Positions 18,884-27,258 of a DNA stretch of 64,000 nt are shown piece by piece. The number at the start of each line of letters is the position of its first letter. Position 1 is the stretch's first letter. The position numbers and the translations under genes are program-made. Source of the stretch: a virus. Lineage: Duplodnaviria; Caudoviricetes. The notes below the pieces were generated by a model. It did no database searches, was not told the DNA's origin, and saw nothing but the letters and a program-made list of their open reading frames with translations. Location of the stretch: IMG/VR virus record IMGVR_UViG_3300036880_000015, positions 873 to 64,872 of that record. One strand, written 5' to 3'.

Positions 18884-19213
18884 TCACCCAGATACTCGTT
18901 TGTAGCGACCTTCGCTAATCGCCTTAATTGTCGTTTCGTATGCCCATCCACATTTTGGGCAAATTGGAGGAACTCCAAAGTACCAACGAAAGCGAGTTCC
19001 ACATCCCCACACGCGGCCAGGATACTCTTTCTCGTATTCAGTAAGATCTTTTGGATCCCAGTTTGATTTCCCGTGATCGCAAACATGCTCATACATAATC
19101 GGACCAATCACCTCGTCGTCGGCTTTATTGATCTCAACTACTCCAAATGGAGTCGCCACTGCCGCTATAGCAACAGTTCCTATGTTAAAGAATTTTCTCC
19201 GAGACTCATCCAT
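18884..19213 (-). CDS. Zn-ribbon protein with twin-arginine (Tat)-like signal
   Basis: MDESRRKFFNIGTVAIAAVATPFG; GCG...CPKCG. Confidence 0.55.
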   Translation of the reverse strand: MDESRRKFFNIGTVAIAAVATPFGVVEINKADDEVIGPIMYEHVCDHGKSNWDPKDLTEYEKEYPGRVWGCGTRFRWYFGVPPICPKCGWAYETTIKAISEGRYKRVSG

Positions 19214-19922
19214 TGTTTTCCTCCTCGTCTTCTTCGCCGTTCTCGTTTTCGTCTCCGCCAAAATCCTTGAATTCGTCGGCAATTTCGTCTTCGGCGCTGA
19301 CTACCTCGGCCTCTTCGATCTCCTGTTCGTTCGCCAGACCGATCTGCTCGCGCTTCTTGCGAAGGATTTGCTCGAAACTCATGCCGGGACCGAAACCACC
19401 GCCGGCAATACCTCCGGCATTGAATTGTTGATTCAACTGCAGAGCTGGAGTCTTCGGCTGGACCGTCTCCATCATGCCGCGGACTTGCTCAACAGTTTTC
19501 AGGCGCATCGCGGTGTCGGGATGGGTTTTCACCTTCCCGGTTTCCTTGTCCACGAAGATGACCTTCTCTGCTTTCATGCCGTCTTTGAAAACAGTGCTCA
19601 CGCCTTCAAGTTGATCCATCAGCACCTGGACTGCTTTGACGTTGAGCACGGAGAGTTGGTTGCGGAATGTCCATTCCTTGATGCGGTCGATCGACGCCTT
19701 GACGGTGAGCGGGTTGACGCCCTCCTCGGCCGCCAACTGCATTTCGGTCTTCTGGAGGCCTTCGATCTGGAACCAGCGCCGGAGATCCGCCTCGGTGGGA
19801 CTCGCCAGATTCCGATAGCGGTTCACGCGGCTCTTGCTGCGCACGGCCAGCGCTGAGCCCGGCGGCGGTATGGGAGCTTTGAGTGGTCCGTCTCCCCGCT
19901 TTTTCTTTGCCGCTGCGGGCAT
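19206..19922 (-). CDS. Probable terminase small subunit
   Basis: HTH-like N-terminal half, oligomerisation helices, acidic tail; upstream of the large terminase. Confidence 0.55.
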   Translation of the reverse strand: MPAAAKKKRGDGPLKAPIPPPGSALAVRSKSRVNRYRNLASPTEADLRRWFQIEGLQKTEMQLAAEEGVNPLTVKASIDRIKEWTFRNQLSVLNVKAVQVLMDQLEGVSTVFKDGMKAEKVIFVDKETGKVKTHPDTAMRLKTVEQVRGMMETVQPKTPALQLNQQFNAGGIAGGGFGPGMSFEQILRKKREQIGLANEQEIEEAEVVSAEDEIADEFKDFGGDENENGEEDEEENNG

Positions 19923-19925
19923 AGA

Positions 19926-20519
19926 CTAGACCTCTGCCTGGGATTCTGTGAGGAGCGCCTGCTCTTCGGCTTGGGCTTGCTGGTCGAGGGCCGCGGTTGG
20001 GCTCAAGCCAAACCCGGACGGCGGAGCGCCGAAAGTGGACTCCTCGGGCGCAAATTCTTCGGCGCCGTACTCGTGCGTCGACCTGGACTCGGTTTCGAGG
20101 AAGAGTTGCTGGAGGACGCCGATCGCCTTTTCCAGCCGGAGACACGCTTGGATGCTGCGCGCGGCGGCACCCTGTAGAGCCTCAGCGTTGATCTTGTCGA
20201 TCCCGGCCTGCATGGCGGCGCGGTGCGCCTCCAGGATGGCGGCCAGCTCCCGGCGGTGATCTTCGAGCAGCCCGCGGACCTCGGTGCGAATTGCGACGAA
20301 ACTTGACTTGGCTGACTCGATGGTAGCCTTGCTCTCCGCCTGGTGTGCGGCCAGTAGCCGGCCAGTCTCTGCGTAGACTGCCGCTGATTCCGCTTTTGCT
20401 CCGGCCAGTTGGCGCTTCAGGTTGAAGGCCAGCCAGATCAGCACGGCAACCCCGCCTAGCAGCAGGAACAGGAATAGGGCGGCGAAGATGGAGAGGGACA
20501 CGATTCCGACAATGCTCAT
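19926..20519 (-). CDS. Membrane-anchored coiled-coil protein
   Basis: About 30-aa hydrophobic N-terminus followed by a coiled coil; first gene of the terminase operon. Confidence 0.6.
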   Translation of the reverse strand: MSIVGIVSLSIFAALFLFLLLGGVAVLIWLAFNLKRQLAGAKAESAAVYAETGRLLAAHQAESKATIESAKSSFVAIRTEVRGLLEDHRRELAAILEAHRAAMQAGIDKINAEALQGAAARSIQACLRLEKAIGVLQQLFLETESRSTHEYGAEEFAPEESTFGAPPSGFGLSPTAALDQQAQAEEQALLTESQAEV

Positions 20520-20526
20520 GGTTGGC

Positions 20527-20555
20527 AGTTTACTCCAACATATTCCCGCTTGCAA
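20527..20555 (-). promoter_or_regulatory. Sigma70-like promoter (leaderless) of the terminase operon
   Basis: TTGCAA-17-TAAACT-7 nt-ATG(20519). Confidence 0.65.
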
Positions 20556-20585
20556 AATAAATTTCAAATATACTGTTTTGTCACA

Positions 20586-20613
20586 TTGACACGGCGTTAT
20601 GTTGTGATATATT
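20586..20613 (+). promoter_or_regulatory. Sigma70-like promoter (leaderless), divergent
   Basis: TTGACA-16-TATATT with an extended TG, 7 nt to ATG 20621. Confidence 0.65.
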
Positions 20614-20620
20614 TTTTCTC

Positions 20621-21070
20621 ATGGCCTTCGTAAAACTCGACACTGGAATCCTTGATTCAACCCTTTGGATCGAACGTGATCTGCGGGAAGTCTTCATCAC
20701 AGCCCTGCTTATGGCAGAGCCAAAAGAGTTTGATGAACCAAGCCGGCAGATCGAAGTCAGCCGCCTAGAGTTCACTGGCTTTGTAGCGCCACCTGGCTGG
20801 TATGGGTTTGTCCCTGCTGCCAGTTTTGGCATTATCAACCGAGCTGGAGTTGGAAGAGAGGCTGGTATCGAAGCCCTCCGCCGTATGGGAGAGCCGGAGA
20901 TTGAGAGCCGATCAAAAGACTTTGAAGGCCGCCGAATGATCCGCATTGACGGCGGATATTTAATCCTTAACTATATGAAATATAGAGACAAAGACCACAC
21001 TGCAGCTGAGCGACAAAGGCGGCTCCGCGCCCGAAGAAAAGCTTTGGAAGAGGAGATTGTCACGGCGTAA
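20621..21070 (+). CDS. Phage replication initiator N-terminal (replisome organizer-like) domain, short or truncated
   Basis: MAFVKLDTGILDSTLW...GYLILNYMKYRD...AERQRRLRAR. Confidence 0.7.
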   Translation: MAFVKLDTGILDSTLWIERDLREVFITALLMAEPKEFDEPSRQIEVSRLEFTGFVAPPGWYGFVPAASFGIINRAGVGREAGIEALRRMGEPEIESRSKDFEGRRMIRIDGGYLILNYMKYRDKDHTAAERQRRLRARRKALEEEIVTA

Positions 21071-21145
21071 CGTACATAATGTCACGCCGCTATGAGTCGT
21101 TACAGTAACGTAACATCACACAGTCAGATGCAGATGCAGATGCAT
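21058..21145. repeat. Iteron-like repeats, putative replication origin
   Basis: Repeated TGTCACG and GTAAC/GTTAC words plus (CAGATG)x3, followed by an AT-rich tract. Confidence 0.45.
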
Positions 21146-21251
21146 TTCTTAAAAGCATAGGTTTTTCTATGTAGTGTATTTATCTCTCTGTACTTTTGTG
21201 GGCAAAACATCGAATTTGAATGATTTACAACGGTTACGAAAGGAAACTTCA

Positions 21252-21923
21252 ATGCCAGCAAACCTCGAGCTTCTAGCCGCAAGCCGCGTGATGGTCGACC
21301 AGGTGATCGCCCGCGGACAGGTTCCCGTCATGTTCTTTATGAACCGCGCAACCTCCCAGGCGCTCGCCGAGACGCTGGCCGCCGCCTACAGGGAGCGCTT
21401 GTCCACCTTCCGGCGGCTGTGGCTGCGAATCCAGCACGGGAAGGCTGCGCCTCAACTGGAGTCCCTGCACGGCATCCCTGTGGGCCGGGCCGACTACCTG
21501 CCAGATGGGGGCTTGTTCCTGCAGAGCGTGGACCGAGCTCAGATGGGCCAGCCAGCGGCGCCAGCAGTTCCAACGTCGATGGGACCACCTGCCGGCTTGG
21601 AACAGGCTGCCCAGGACGCGCGGCAGCAGCTCGCGGCGCGGGGCGAGGAGTTCTGGAAGAAGGATCGCGTCGACGCGATGGACGGCGTAGCGGCTGGCGA
21701 GATCCGGCCGACATTGAACGACCTGTCGAGTGGAAACGGCGAGCGGCCGTCGGCGAGCGACGTGCTGATGAAGGCGATGGATGACGTGGACGATCTGAAC
21801 GGTGTGGTGGTTGTGCGGGTCCATAGGAACGGCAGTGTGGACCTATGCCTCAATGTAGACCAGTTCGCCGCCCAGGGTGTGCTGCAGCGCGCGCAGATGT
21901 TTTTGGCGCAGAGGGGGTACTGA
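21252..21923 (+). CDS. Hypothetical protein
   Basis: AAGGA SD; GC-rich codon usage; coupled to the downstream methyltransferase. Confidence 0.6.
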   Translation: MPANLELLAASRVMVDQVIARGQVPVMFFMNRATSQALAETLAAAYRERLSTFRRLWLRIQHGKAAPQLESLHGIPVGRADYLPDGGLFLQSVDRAQMGQPAAPAVPTSMGPPAGLEQAAQDARQQLAARGEEFWKKDRVDAMDGVAAGEIRPTLNDLSSGNGERPSASDVLMKAMDDVDDLNGVVVVRVHRNGSVDLCLNVDQFAAQGVLQRAQMFLAQRGY

Positions 21924-22471
21924 TGCGCGGCGTGCAAGGCATCGGTGGCCACACGTTGCCAAACAAAGGCGCGGATGTGATTTGGCTGACTCCGCCAAGC
22001 ATCATCCAAACGCTTGGAGTTTTTGACCTCGACCCATGTGCGGCGCCTTCACCGCTCCCATGGAGAACAGCGACCACTCACTTTGAACTTCCCGAAGATG
22101 GTCTTTCTTTACCATGGAAAGGCAGGGTCTGGCTCAACCCTCCCTACGACGAGAACATCGGGAAGTGGATGGAGAAGATGGGTCTTCATGGAAGCGGGAT
22201 CGCTTTGATCTTTGCGCGCACAGAGATAGATGTTTGGCAGAGATGGGTGTGGCCTTACGCTAACAAGATACTCTTCATCGCGGGACGGCTTCATTTCTAT
22301 CTTCCAGATGGATCACGGGCAAAAGGTAATGCTGGTGGGCCATCCGCTTTGATTTCATACTCCAAAAAAGACTCCGAGATACTCTATAACTCAGGTATCG
22401 CCGGAGCCTTTGTTGATATAATCAGACCAAGAGTAGGTCAATCCTCTACCAGCGTCCAGCAGTCGTGGTGA
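21923..22471 (+). CDS. Phage DNA N6-adenine methyltransferase (Dam-like)
   Basis: WLTPP, FDLDPCA, WLNPPY, ALIFARTE and GRLHF motifs. Confidence 0.88.
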   Translation: MRGVQGIGGHTLPNKGADVIWLTPPSIIQTLGVFDLDPCAAPSPLPWRTATTHFELPEDGLSLPWKGRVWLNPPYDENIGKWMEKMGLHGSGIALIFARTEIDVWQRWVWPYANKILFIAGRLHFYLPDGSRAKGNAGGPSALISYSKKDSEILYNSGIAGAFVDIIRPRVGQSSTSVQQSW

Positions 22472-22677
22472 ACAAACTTTTTGCCCTTCGGCGCAAGATA
22501 CTTGAGGACCAGATCATTTCCCACACTGCGATCACCCTTGAAGATTTGGGACAAGAGCTGCATGGAAATCCCAATCTCAGTCGCGAACTGGACCTGGGTC
22601 ATTCCGCCTTGACGGTCCTTGAGCATATCCCGCAGTTCGCTGGCTGTGTAGGGATCTGGTGTGGGCTTATTACTCAT
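22438..22677 (-). CDS. XRE/Cro-like HTH protein
   Basis: MTQVQFATEIGISMQLLSQIFKGDR. Confidence 0.75.
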   Translation of the reverse strand: MSNKPTPDPYTASELRDMLKDRQGGMTQVQFATEIGISMQLLSQIFKGDRSVGNDLVLKYLAPKGKKFVHHDCWTLVED

Positions 22678-23527
22678 CGTCATCTTCCTTCTGCGGTATG
22701 CCGTCGAATGCCGCCTGTAGAACATCGACCTGTTTTTGGAGAGTTTCCCTGATACGCTCAGCGTGTCCCACTCCATACTTCGCCTGGTCGAGAACGGTTT
22801 TTATGTTGGCTTTCCCGTCCATCAACATCCTCACCACCTTGCCGATCTTCTCTGGTTGAGTCCATCCATACGAAATCAATAATCCAGACGCTTTCTCATA
22901 AGCGTCGACTTTCTCTTTTAATTCTTTGTAGTATTTCTCGTATTCGTCCGTTCTTGTGCGAGACACCCCTTGCTTGTATCCCTCATCTCGCGCTGCGGTT
23001 AAAGCCGCAGCATCGGCTTTTGATTGGCGGTTACTCACCGCATAAATGAGAGCGGTTAACATTGTGATACTCATGGGGATCGGGTCCAAGATAGGACAAG
23101 GAACAACACATTTGAGCCGGTTCTTTTGCGCCACATACATTCCCCAAGATTCCGGCAACTCTCCGAGCTTTACGATGTCTTTATTAGGAACAACGAGAGC
23201 CCATCGATTACAATACCGAAGAATCGACTCTGACTTCTCTGGTTGCTTCAACTCGTGAAGCCAATCACTGCGTGAGACTTTCATCTCAAATCCCCATATT
23301 GCCTTGCCCCGGCTCCGGTAAAGGCTGATCGCTATAGCGTCCGCTGTTCGCACTCCGTCAAATCCCGTAGCGTCTCTCACTTCTTCCAGGGTTATGTACG
23401 CGGGTGCCGAGAAGCTAGATTGAAGACGCAAGAATAGATCATGAGCCGCGAGTTTGGCCCCTTCTTCCAAATCTTCATCCGCCACTGCTTCCGGTCCGAT
23501 CAATTCTTCATATGTGGGATCGCTCAT
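22670..23527 (-). CDS. MmcB-like PD-(D/E)XK nuclease
   Basis: EEV...RTADAIAISLYRSRG.AIWGFEMKVSRSDWLHELKQPEK...ELPESWG. Confidence 0.75.
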   Translation of the reverse strand: MSDPTYEELIGPEAVADEDLEEGAKLAAHDLFLRLQSSFSAPAYITLEEVRDATGFDGVRTADAIAISLYRSRGKAIWGFEMKVSRSDWLHELKQPEKSESILRYCNRWALVVPNKDIVKLGELPESWGMYVAQKNRLKCVVPCPILDPIPMSITMLTALIYAVSNRQSKADAAALTAARDEGYKQGVSRTRTDEYEKYYKELKEKVDAYEKASGLLISYGWTQPEKIGKVVRMLMDGKANIKTVLDQAKYGVGHAERIRETLQKQVDVLQAAFDGIPQKEDDDE

Positions 23528-23940
23528 GCCTTCTTCCCCCAGGCGCCGATCTTGTCGAGTCCGAATGGAAGCGTCCAGGTCGACGGCAACACCCAGAGCA
23601 CGCGCAGATGCAACTTCGTCTGCCATTCATCGACAAGCGCCGGGTAGACCTCGACCGCAACAACTTCCGGTCCGAATATCTCATGCAGCGCGCGCTGCAG
23701 TTCCTCCCACGCCAACTGCTCAATGTCGCCGTGACGAATGAAGGTTGCCTGGACGACTCCTCCGATCGAAGTCTCCACCTTGAATAACTGGCATTCGATG
23801 CGGCTGTTGGCGTAGATAGCCATGCAGTTGATGAGCAGTGGATAGTCTTGCTCCATCTGCGAGGTGATCTCCACTTTCTCGAACGGCGTCCATTGCCGGC
23901 CATAGGCTTTGAGTAATGCTGTCTTGCGAACCTTCGTCAT
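23524..23940 (-). CDS. Conserved phage protein (DUF7694-like)
   Basis: WEELQRALHEIFGPEVVAVEVYP...LWVLP motif. Confidence 0.6.
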   Translation of the reverse strand: MTKVRKTALLKAYGRQWTPFEKVEITSQMEQDYPLLINCMAIYANSRIECQLFKVETSIGGVVQATFIRHGDIEQLAWEELQRALHEIFGPEVVAVEVYPALVDEWQTKLHLRVLWVLPSTWTLPFGLDKIGAWGKKA

Positions 23941-24266
23941 CGTAACGCCTCCATAACCGTGTCGATCGCTTCCGCACTCTTGACCATCGCAGTCGTAAAC
24001 CTCAGTAGCTTGAAGCCGGCTAAAGATGCCGCGTTATACTTACGACAATCCCACTCAAAACCATCTCCGCGCGAATGACGGCTCTTACCGAATTTAATTG
24101 CTCCTTCGATTTCGACAACCAAGTTTCGCTCGGGAAAGAAAAAGTCGAAGCGCCACTTTCGGCCGGGAATCAATTCCACTTCGCGTTGAGGATCCAATCC
24201 GCGGGCCTTACAGTGCAAGAAAAAAGTTTCTTCTCCTTCGCTAAGTTCTTGTGGTATCTTGCTCAT
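23937..24266 (-). CDS. Vsr/DUF559-like endonuclease (possible start extension to 24362)
   Basis: REV..GRKWRFDFFFPERNLVVEIEG...RH..G...DCRKYNAA..G..LLRFT. Confidence 0.8.
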   Translation of the reverse strand: MSKIPQELSEGEETFFLHCKARGLDPQREVELIPGRKWRFDFFFPERNLVVEIEGAIKFGKSRHSRGDGFEWDCRKYNAASLAGFKLLRFTTAMVKSAEAIDTVMEALR

Positions 24267-24380
24267 CGCCCCCGCCTCTCTTCCGGAACTCAGTTCTTTG
24301 GGTATCTTCACCGTTTCACTGCGTCCTCGTATGCCGCGTGGACCTCTGATTCCTGTTTTCATCGCCCCCGCCTCTCTTCC
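24263..24380. repeat. 22-bp direct repeat, 96 bp apart
   Basis: TCATCGCCCCCGCCTCTCTTCC at 24263 and 24359. Confidence 0.8.
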
Positions 24381-24550
24381 CCGCTGCGTCTGTTCCATGC
24401 ACGCAGCCACGCATCAGGTAAACTCCCTTGTTCAGTTCGCCGTTGTGCCTTGCGCCGCTCCCTGCCCCACTTCACTCGCACGAACACTACCGCGCACAGT
24501 GCGCCGAGTAGGACCAGAAGTGCGGCCTTGAGCAACGAGTCAATGGTCAT
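24359..24550 (-). CDS. Small membrane protein
   Basis: Single TM segment, basic tail; ATGA coupling. Confidence 0.5.
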   Translation of the reverse strand: MTIDSLLKAALLVLLGALCAVVFVRVKWGRERRKAQRRTEQGSLPDAWLRAWNRRSGEERRGR

Positions 24551-24771
24551 CGGCCACACTCGAAAATATGGTTGCCGTTGTGATCAGCTTCAAGGGGGCA
24601 GGTTCTTCCTCCGCCTCCCTTGGCGTAACCGCAGCGTCCGTGCTTGGCCACCATTTCAGCAAGCCATTCCCCCGGCTCGTATCCGCTATCGGGGTTACAT
24701 CGTGGGCACGGAGAAACATCTTCTCCATGACGCACAAATCCTTTATCTCTACAAGTACGACATTCGCTCAT
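24547..24771 (-). CDS. Small Cys-rich protein
   Basis: CRTC..G...CPRC and C...H.G.H motifs. Confidence 0.5.
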   Translation of the reverse strand: MSECRTCRDKGFVRHGEDVSPCPRCNPDSGYEPGEWLAEMVAKHGRCGYAKGGGGRTCPLEADHNGNHIFECGR

Positions 24772-25046
24772 GGCTTGCTCCCTTCCGGCGCTGGCGGGTT
24801 GATGAACCAGCCTCCGTAATGCATATACGGCCAATCTACTGTCGCAGGAAACGCTGCCCGTTCTATCACATCAGTTAGGACAATTTGTCCTTTCTTTGGC
24901 AGGTTCTCCGGCGTGATCTTCTGCCATGCCGCAGCCTTTCGCGCCTCGGCCAGTTTGCACTCAAGATCGGCAATGCGCCGGTCTAATTCGGGCTTCTCAC
25001 ATTCCACGCCCATCGAGTCGGTGCGTCCGCAGTATCCGTTCATCAC
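24768..25046 (-). CDS. Hypothetical protein (Ead/DUF551-like)
   Basis: Coiled coil followed by WQKITPENLP; coupled overlaps. Confidence 0.45.
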   Translation of the reverse strand: MMNGYCGRTDSMGVECEKPELDRRIADLECKLAEARKAAAWQKITPENLPKKGQIVLTDVIERAAFPATVDWPYMHYGGWFINPPAPEGSKP

Positions 25047-25354
25047 TCACCATCCCTTAGCGTGCGATATTTCTTGTACGTCTCTGTGTTTCTGTTGTAG
25101 GTTTGAAAAAGACCTGTGAGATACTTACCAAGCTCTCTCCATTTGTCGTGGTAGAGGGCTGCTCGTACTAAATCCTCTAACTCACGCAGATCGTCAGCCT
25201 TTCCGTCCTCGGCAAAGGCGTTCATCCAGCCTCGTGCGCAGTCTGCAAAATGAATCGGCCCCCAGCCTACGTTGATTTGTAGGCCCAGGACCAAGTCGGG
25301 AGCTGGCATTAGTTTTGAAGATTTCATCCCGTCCGGTATCTTCAACTCACTCAT
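25043..25354 (-). CDS. Hypothetical protein
   Basis: Overlapping start/stop in the operon. Confidence 0.5.
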   Translation of the reverse strand: MSELKIPDGMKSSKLMPAPDLVLGLQINVGWGPIHFADCARGWMNAFAEDGKADDLRELEDLVRAALYHDKWRELGKYLTGLFQTYNRNTETYKKYRTLRDGE

Positions 25355-25757
25355 GCTGTGCCTCGCTTTCCTTGAGTGCGTGCCACTTTCCGTGAATGGC
25401 TTGGTCTATTACAACAGAGCCGCAATCCTTGCACATCAAAGCAGACGGCTCAGGCCACGCGACAATCATATAGCGTGGTCGCAAAGGCTCCGACGTCTTC
25501 GGCTTGGGCGCGGTGAGACGGCCGAGCCATTGAAGAAGTAGCTCTTGCCGCCCTGTTGAAACCCCAGCATAATCTAATGCCGCTCTGATCTGATCCACCG
25601 AGTACAACGCGGGGCGGTTGGCGAGATGAGTACGAAGCAGTATAAGAAGATTACCCCAATCAGAAAGCATATTGATACCACGAGGAAATGCCTTACGAAC
25701 CTGCGCCCACATCTCAACGCTCAGCGCCCCGTTCGCGGGCTGCTGCTCAGTTGCCAT
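25347..25757 (-). CDS. Hypothetical protein with C-terminal C2H2-like site
   Basis: CKDCGSVV....H..WH; GAGGAGG SD. Confidence 0.5.
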   Translation of the reverse strand: MATEQQPANGALSVEMWAQVRKAFPRGINMLSDWGNLLILLRTHLANRPALYSVDQIRAALDYAGVSTGRQELLLQWLGRLTAPKPKTSEPLRPRYMIVAWPEPSALMCKDCGSVVIDQAIHGKWHALKESEAQHE

Positions 25758-25950
25758 GTGGTGCCTCCTCGTTCATGGGTGGGAAATTGGGCTGTAAATC
25801 AGCTTGCGACCAAGCATTGACGGGACTCCATTGATACGATGATAGTTGCTTCCCGTCAACTTCGATGCAATAACCGAGTCTCCGATAGAACTTCAATTCC
25901 GCTGCAGGGTGTTTCCGCTGAACCGGCCATTTGTGTGTTCCCTTTGCCAT
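25747..25950 (-). CDS. Hypothetical protein
   Basis: GAGGAGG SD before ATG 25950. Confidence 0.45.
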   Translation of the reverse strand: MAKGTHKWPVQRKHPAAELKFYRRLGYCIEVDGKQLSSYQWSPVNAWSQADLQPNFPPMNEEAPHGN

Positions 25951-25982
25951 CTCAGTCCTCCTCTGCCAGTATCGCGCTGGCC

Positions 25983-26414
25983 TCATCCTTCGTTGTGAAC
26001 AAAGAAGTAACTATCGTCGTCGCGGTACTCCTTCTTGGGAGCGCACCAGCACTCAGGAACCAGGCAGTGATTACGGCCGAATGTCGGAATGCAATGATCG
26101 ACCGATCCGTGTTCATCGCGCCAGTTGATAACTACCCAGCCATGCGCTTCAACCTCTTCCAGCGTCGGCACATACTCGTCGTCTACCTCGTGCCCGTCAG
26201 AGAAACAAAGCGGTGCCTTCGCCTTATAGTGCTCGCTGTCCGCGATGAAGAATTTGATGTACTGTCCATTCTCGAACATGAGTTGGATGAAGCCGTCTGC
26301 GTCCGGATCGGCGAGCTCGCCAACCTCGTTCTGTGTGATCTCCAGCAGACGCTGGCCGATGAACAAGCCGAGAATTTCGCGGATGTTGGCTACGACTTCG
26401 GGTTGGTCGCTCAT
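25983..26414 (-). CDS. Acidic hypothetical protein
   Basis: H..C.C.P...VHN C-terminal motif; ATGA coupling. Confidence 0.55.
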   Translation of the reverse strand: MSDQPEVVANIREILGLFIGQRLLEITQNEVGELADPDADGFIQLMFENGQYIKFFIADSEHYKAKAPLCFSDGHEVDDEYVPTLEEVEAHGWVVINWRDEHGSVDHCIPTFGRNHCLVPECWCAPKKEYRDDDSYFFVHNEG

Positions 26415-26623
26415 CGTTCTTCTCTCTCCATGCAGTGGAACATCCAGTGCTTGAATTTGTCCACAAGGAAGTTGGCCTGGGCCACCGTCAATTCGTTGTC
26501 GAGCGAGTAGCCTTCTCCTGTGGATTTCAGCGTGTAGATGACCAACACCTCTTCGATGTCGTCAGCATTGCCGGCAATGTCCGCGGCGAGATCCACGATG
26601 CTTTCGATGTGCTCTGAATTCAT
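26411..26623 (-). CDS. Hypothetical protein
   Basis: MNSEHIESIV... with ATGA coupling. Confidence 0.55.
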   Translation of the reverse strand: MNSEHIESIVDLAADIAGNADDIEEVLVIYTLKSTGEGYSLDNELTVAQANFLVDKFKHWMFHCMEREER

Positions 26624-26793
26624 GCAGCCTTCTTGTGCAGCGGGTAATCCGCCGGGAAACCGCAGTGGCCGCAGCCCTTGCAGCACGGCTTACCCATGGG
26701 CACGAACTGGTGGGCACCATCGATCAGCACCGGAGGCGGCGTGCGCCATCCGGAGAAATGAAGCGTGATCTTGTTTTCGTTGAGCGTCGGCAT
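26620..26793 (-). CDS. Small Cys/His protein (57 aa)
   Basis: Manual translation MPTLNENK...CCKGCGHCG...H; AGGAGG SD. Confidence 0.55.
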   Translation of the reverse strand: MPTLNENKITLHFSGWRTPPPVLIDGAHQFVPMGKPCCKGCGHCGFPADYPLHKKAA

Positions 26794-26810
26794 GGGAACC
26801 TCCTAAATGC

Positions 26811-26839
26811 ATACTACGCAAGATTGCGGAAAATAGCAA
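26811..26839 (-). promoter_or_regulatory. Sigma70-like promoter
   Basis: TTGCTA-17-TAGTAT. Confidence 0.6.
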
Positions 26840-26842
26840 GCG

Positions 26843-27061
26843 TTAAATTGGTGGCGCGTCTTTGGCTATCATCGGAAATGGGATAACCTTGTCTACCTTG
26901 CCGGCGGCGATGAGCATCAAGGCCTGTTGGCGCCAGGCGACGGCCTCATCCTTGGTGATGGCCCATCCCACTGTTTTTAGGTTGGTAAGGTCACAAAGAT
27001 TGCCAGAGACAGGGACCAACTCAGCGCCGCCCAGGCCAGAGCATACCGACAAGAAGCGCAT
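26843..27061 (-). pseudogene. Remnant of a C5-cytosine DNA methyltransferase start fused to unrelated sequence
   Basis: Begins MRFLSVCSGLGGAEL (motif I-like) but is only 72 aa, with no catalytic PC motif. Confidence 0.5.
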
Positions 27062-27258
27062 CACTCCGCCGCCTTCGCCACATACTCCACCGCCCGCTCG
27101 CGCCAATCCGCGCAATGCGCAATCCGAGCGTGTTCCTCGTTATCCTTCGCCACAAGTTTCTCCGCTGTCGCCTGCTTCAACTTGAAGCCCGACGTCTGCA
27201 ACGGCCGCCAAGTCCGCCCCGCGTCTTCGCTCCGCTCGATAATCCAGATGGGGGTCAT
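27061..27258 (-). CDS. Hypothetical protein
   Basis: GGAGG SD; coupled overlaps. Confidence 0.5.
   Translation of the reverse strand: MTPIWIIERSEDAGRTWRPLQTSGFKLKQATAEKLVAKDNEEHARIAHCADWRERAVEYVAKAAE

Noticed and set aside
21068-21173. Stop-codon reassignment to extend the initiator
   Set aside because: All three stops end genes normally across the window, and the expected linker lies in a different frame.
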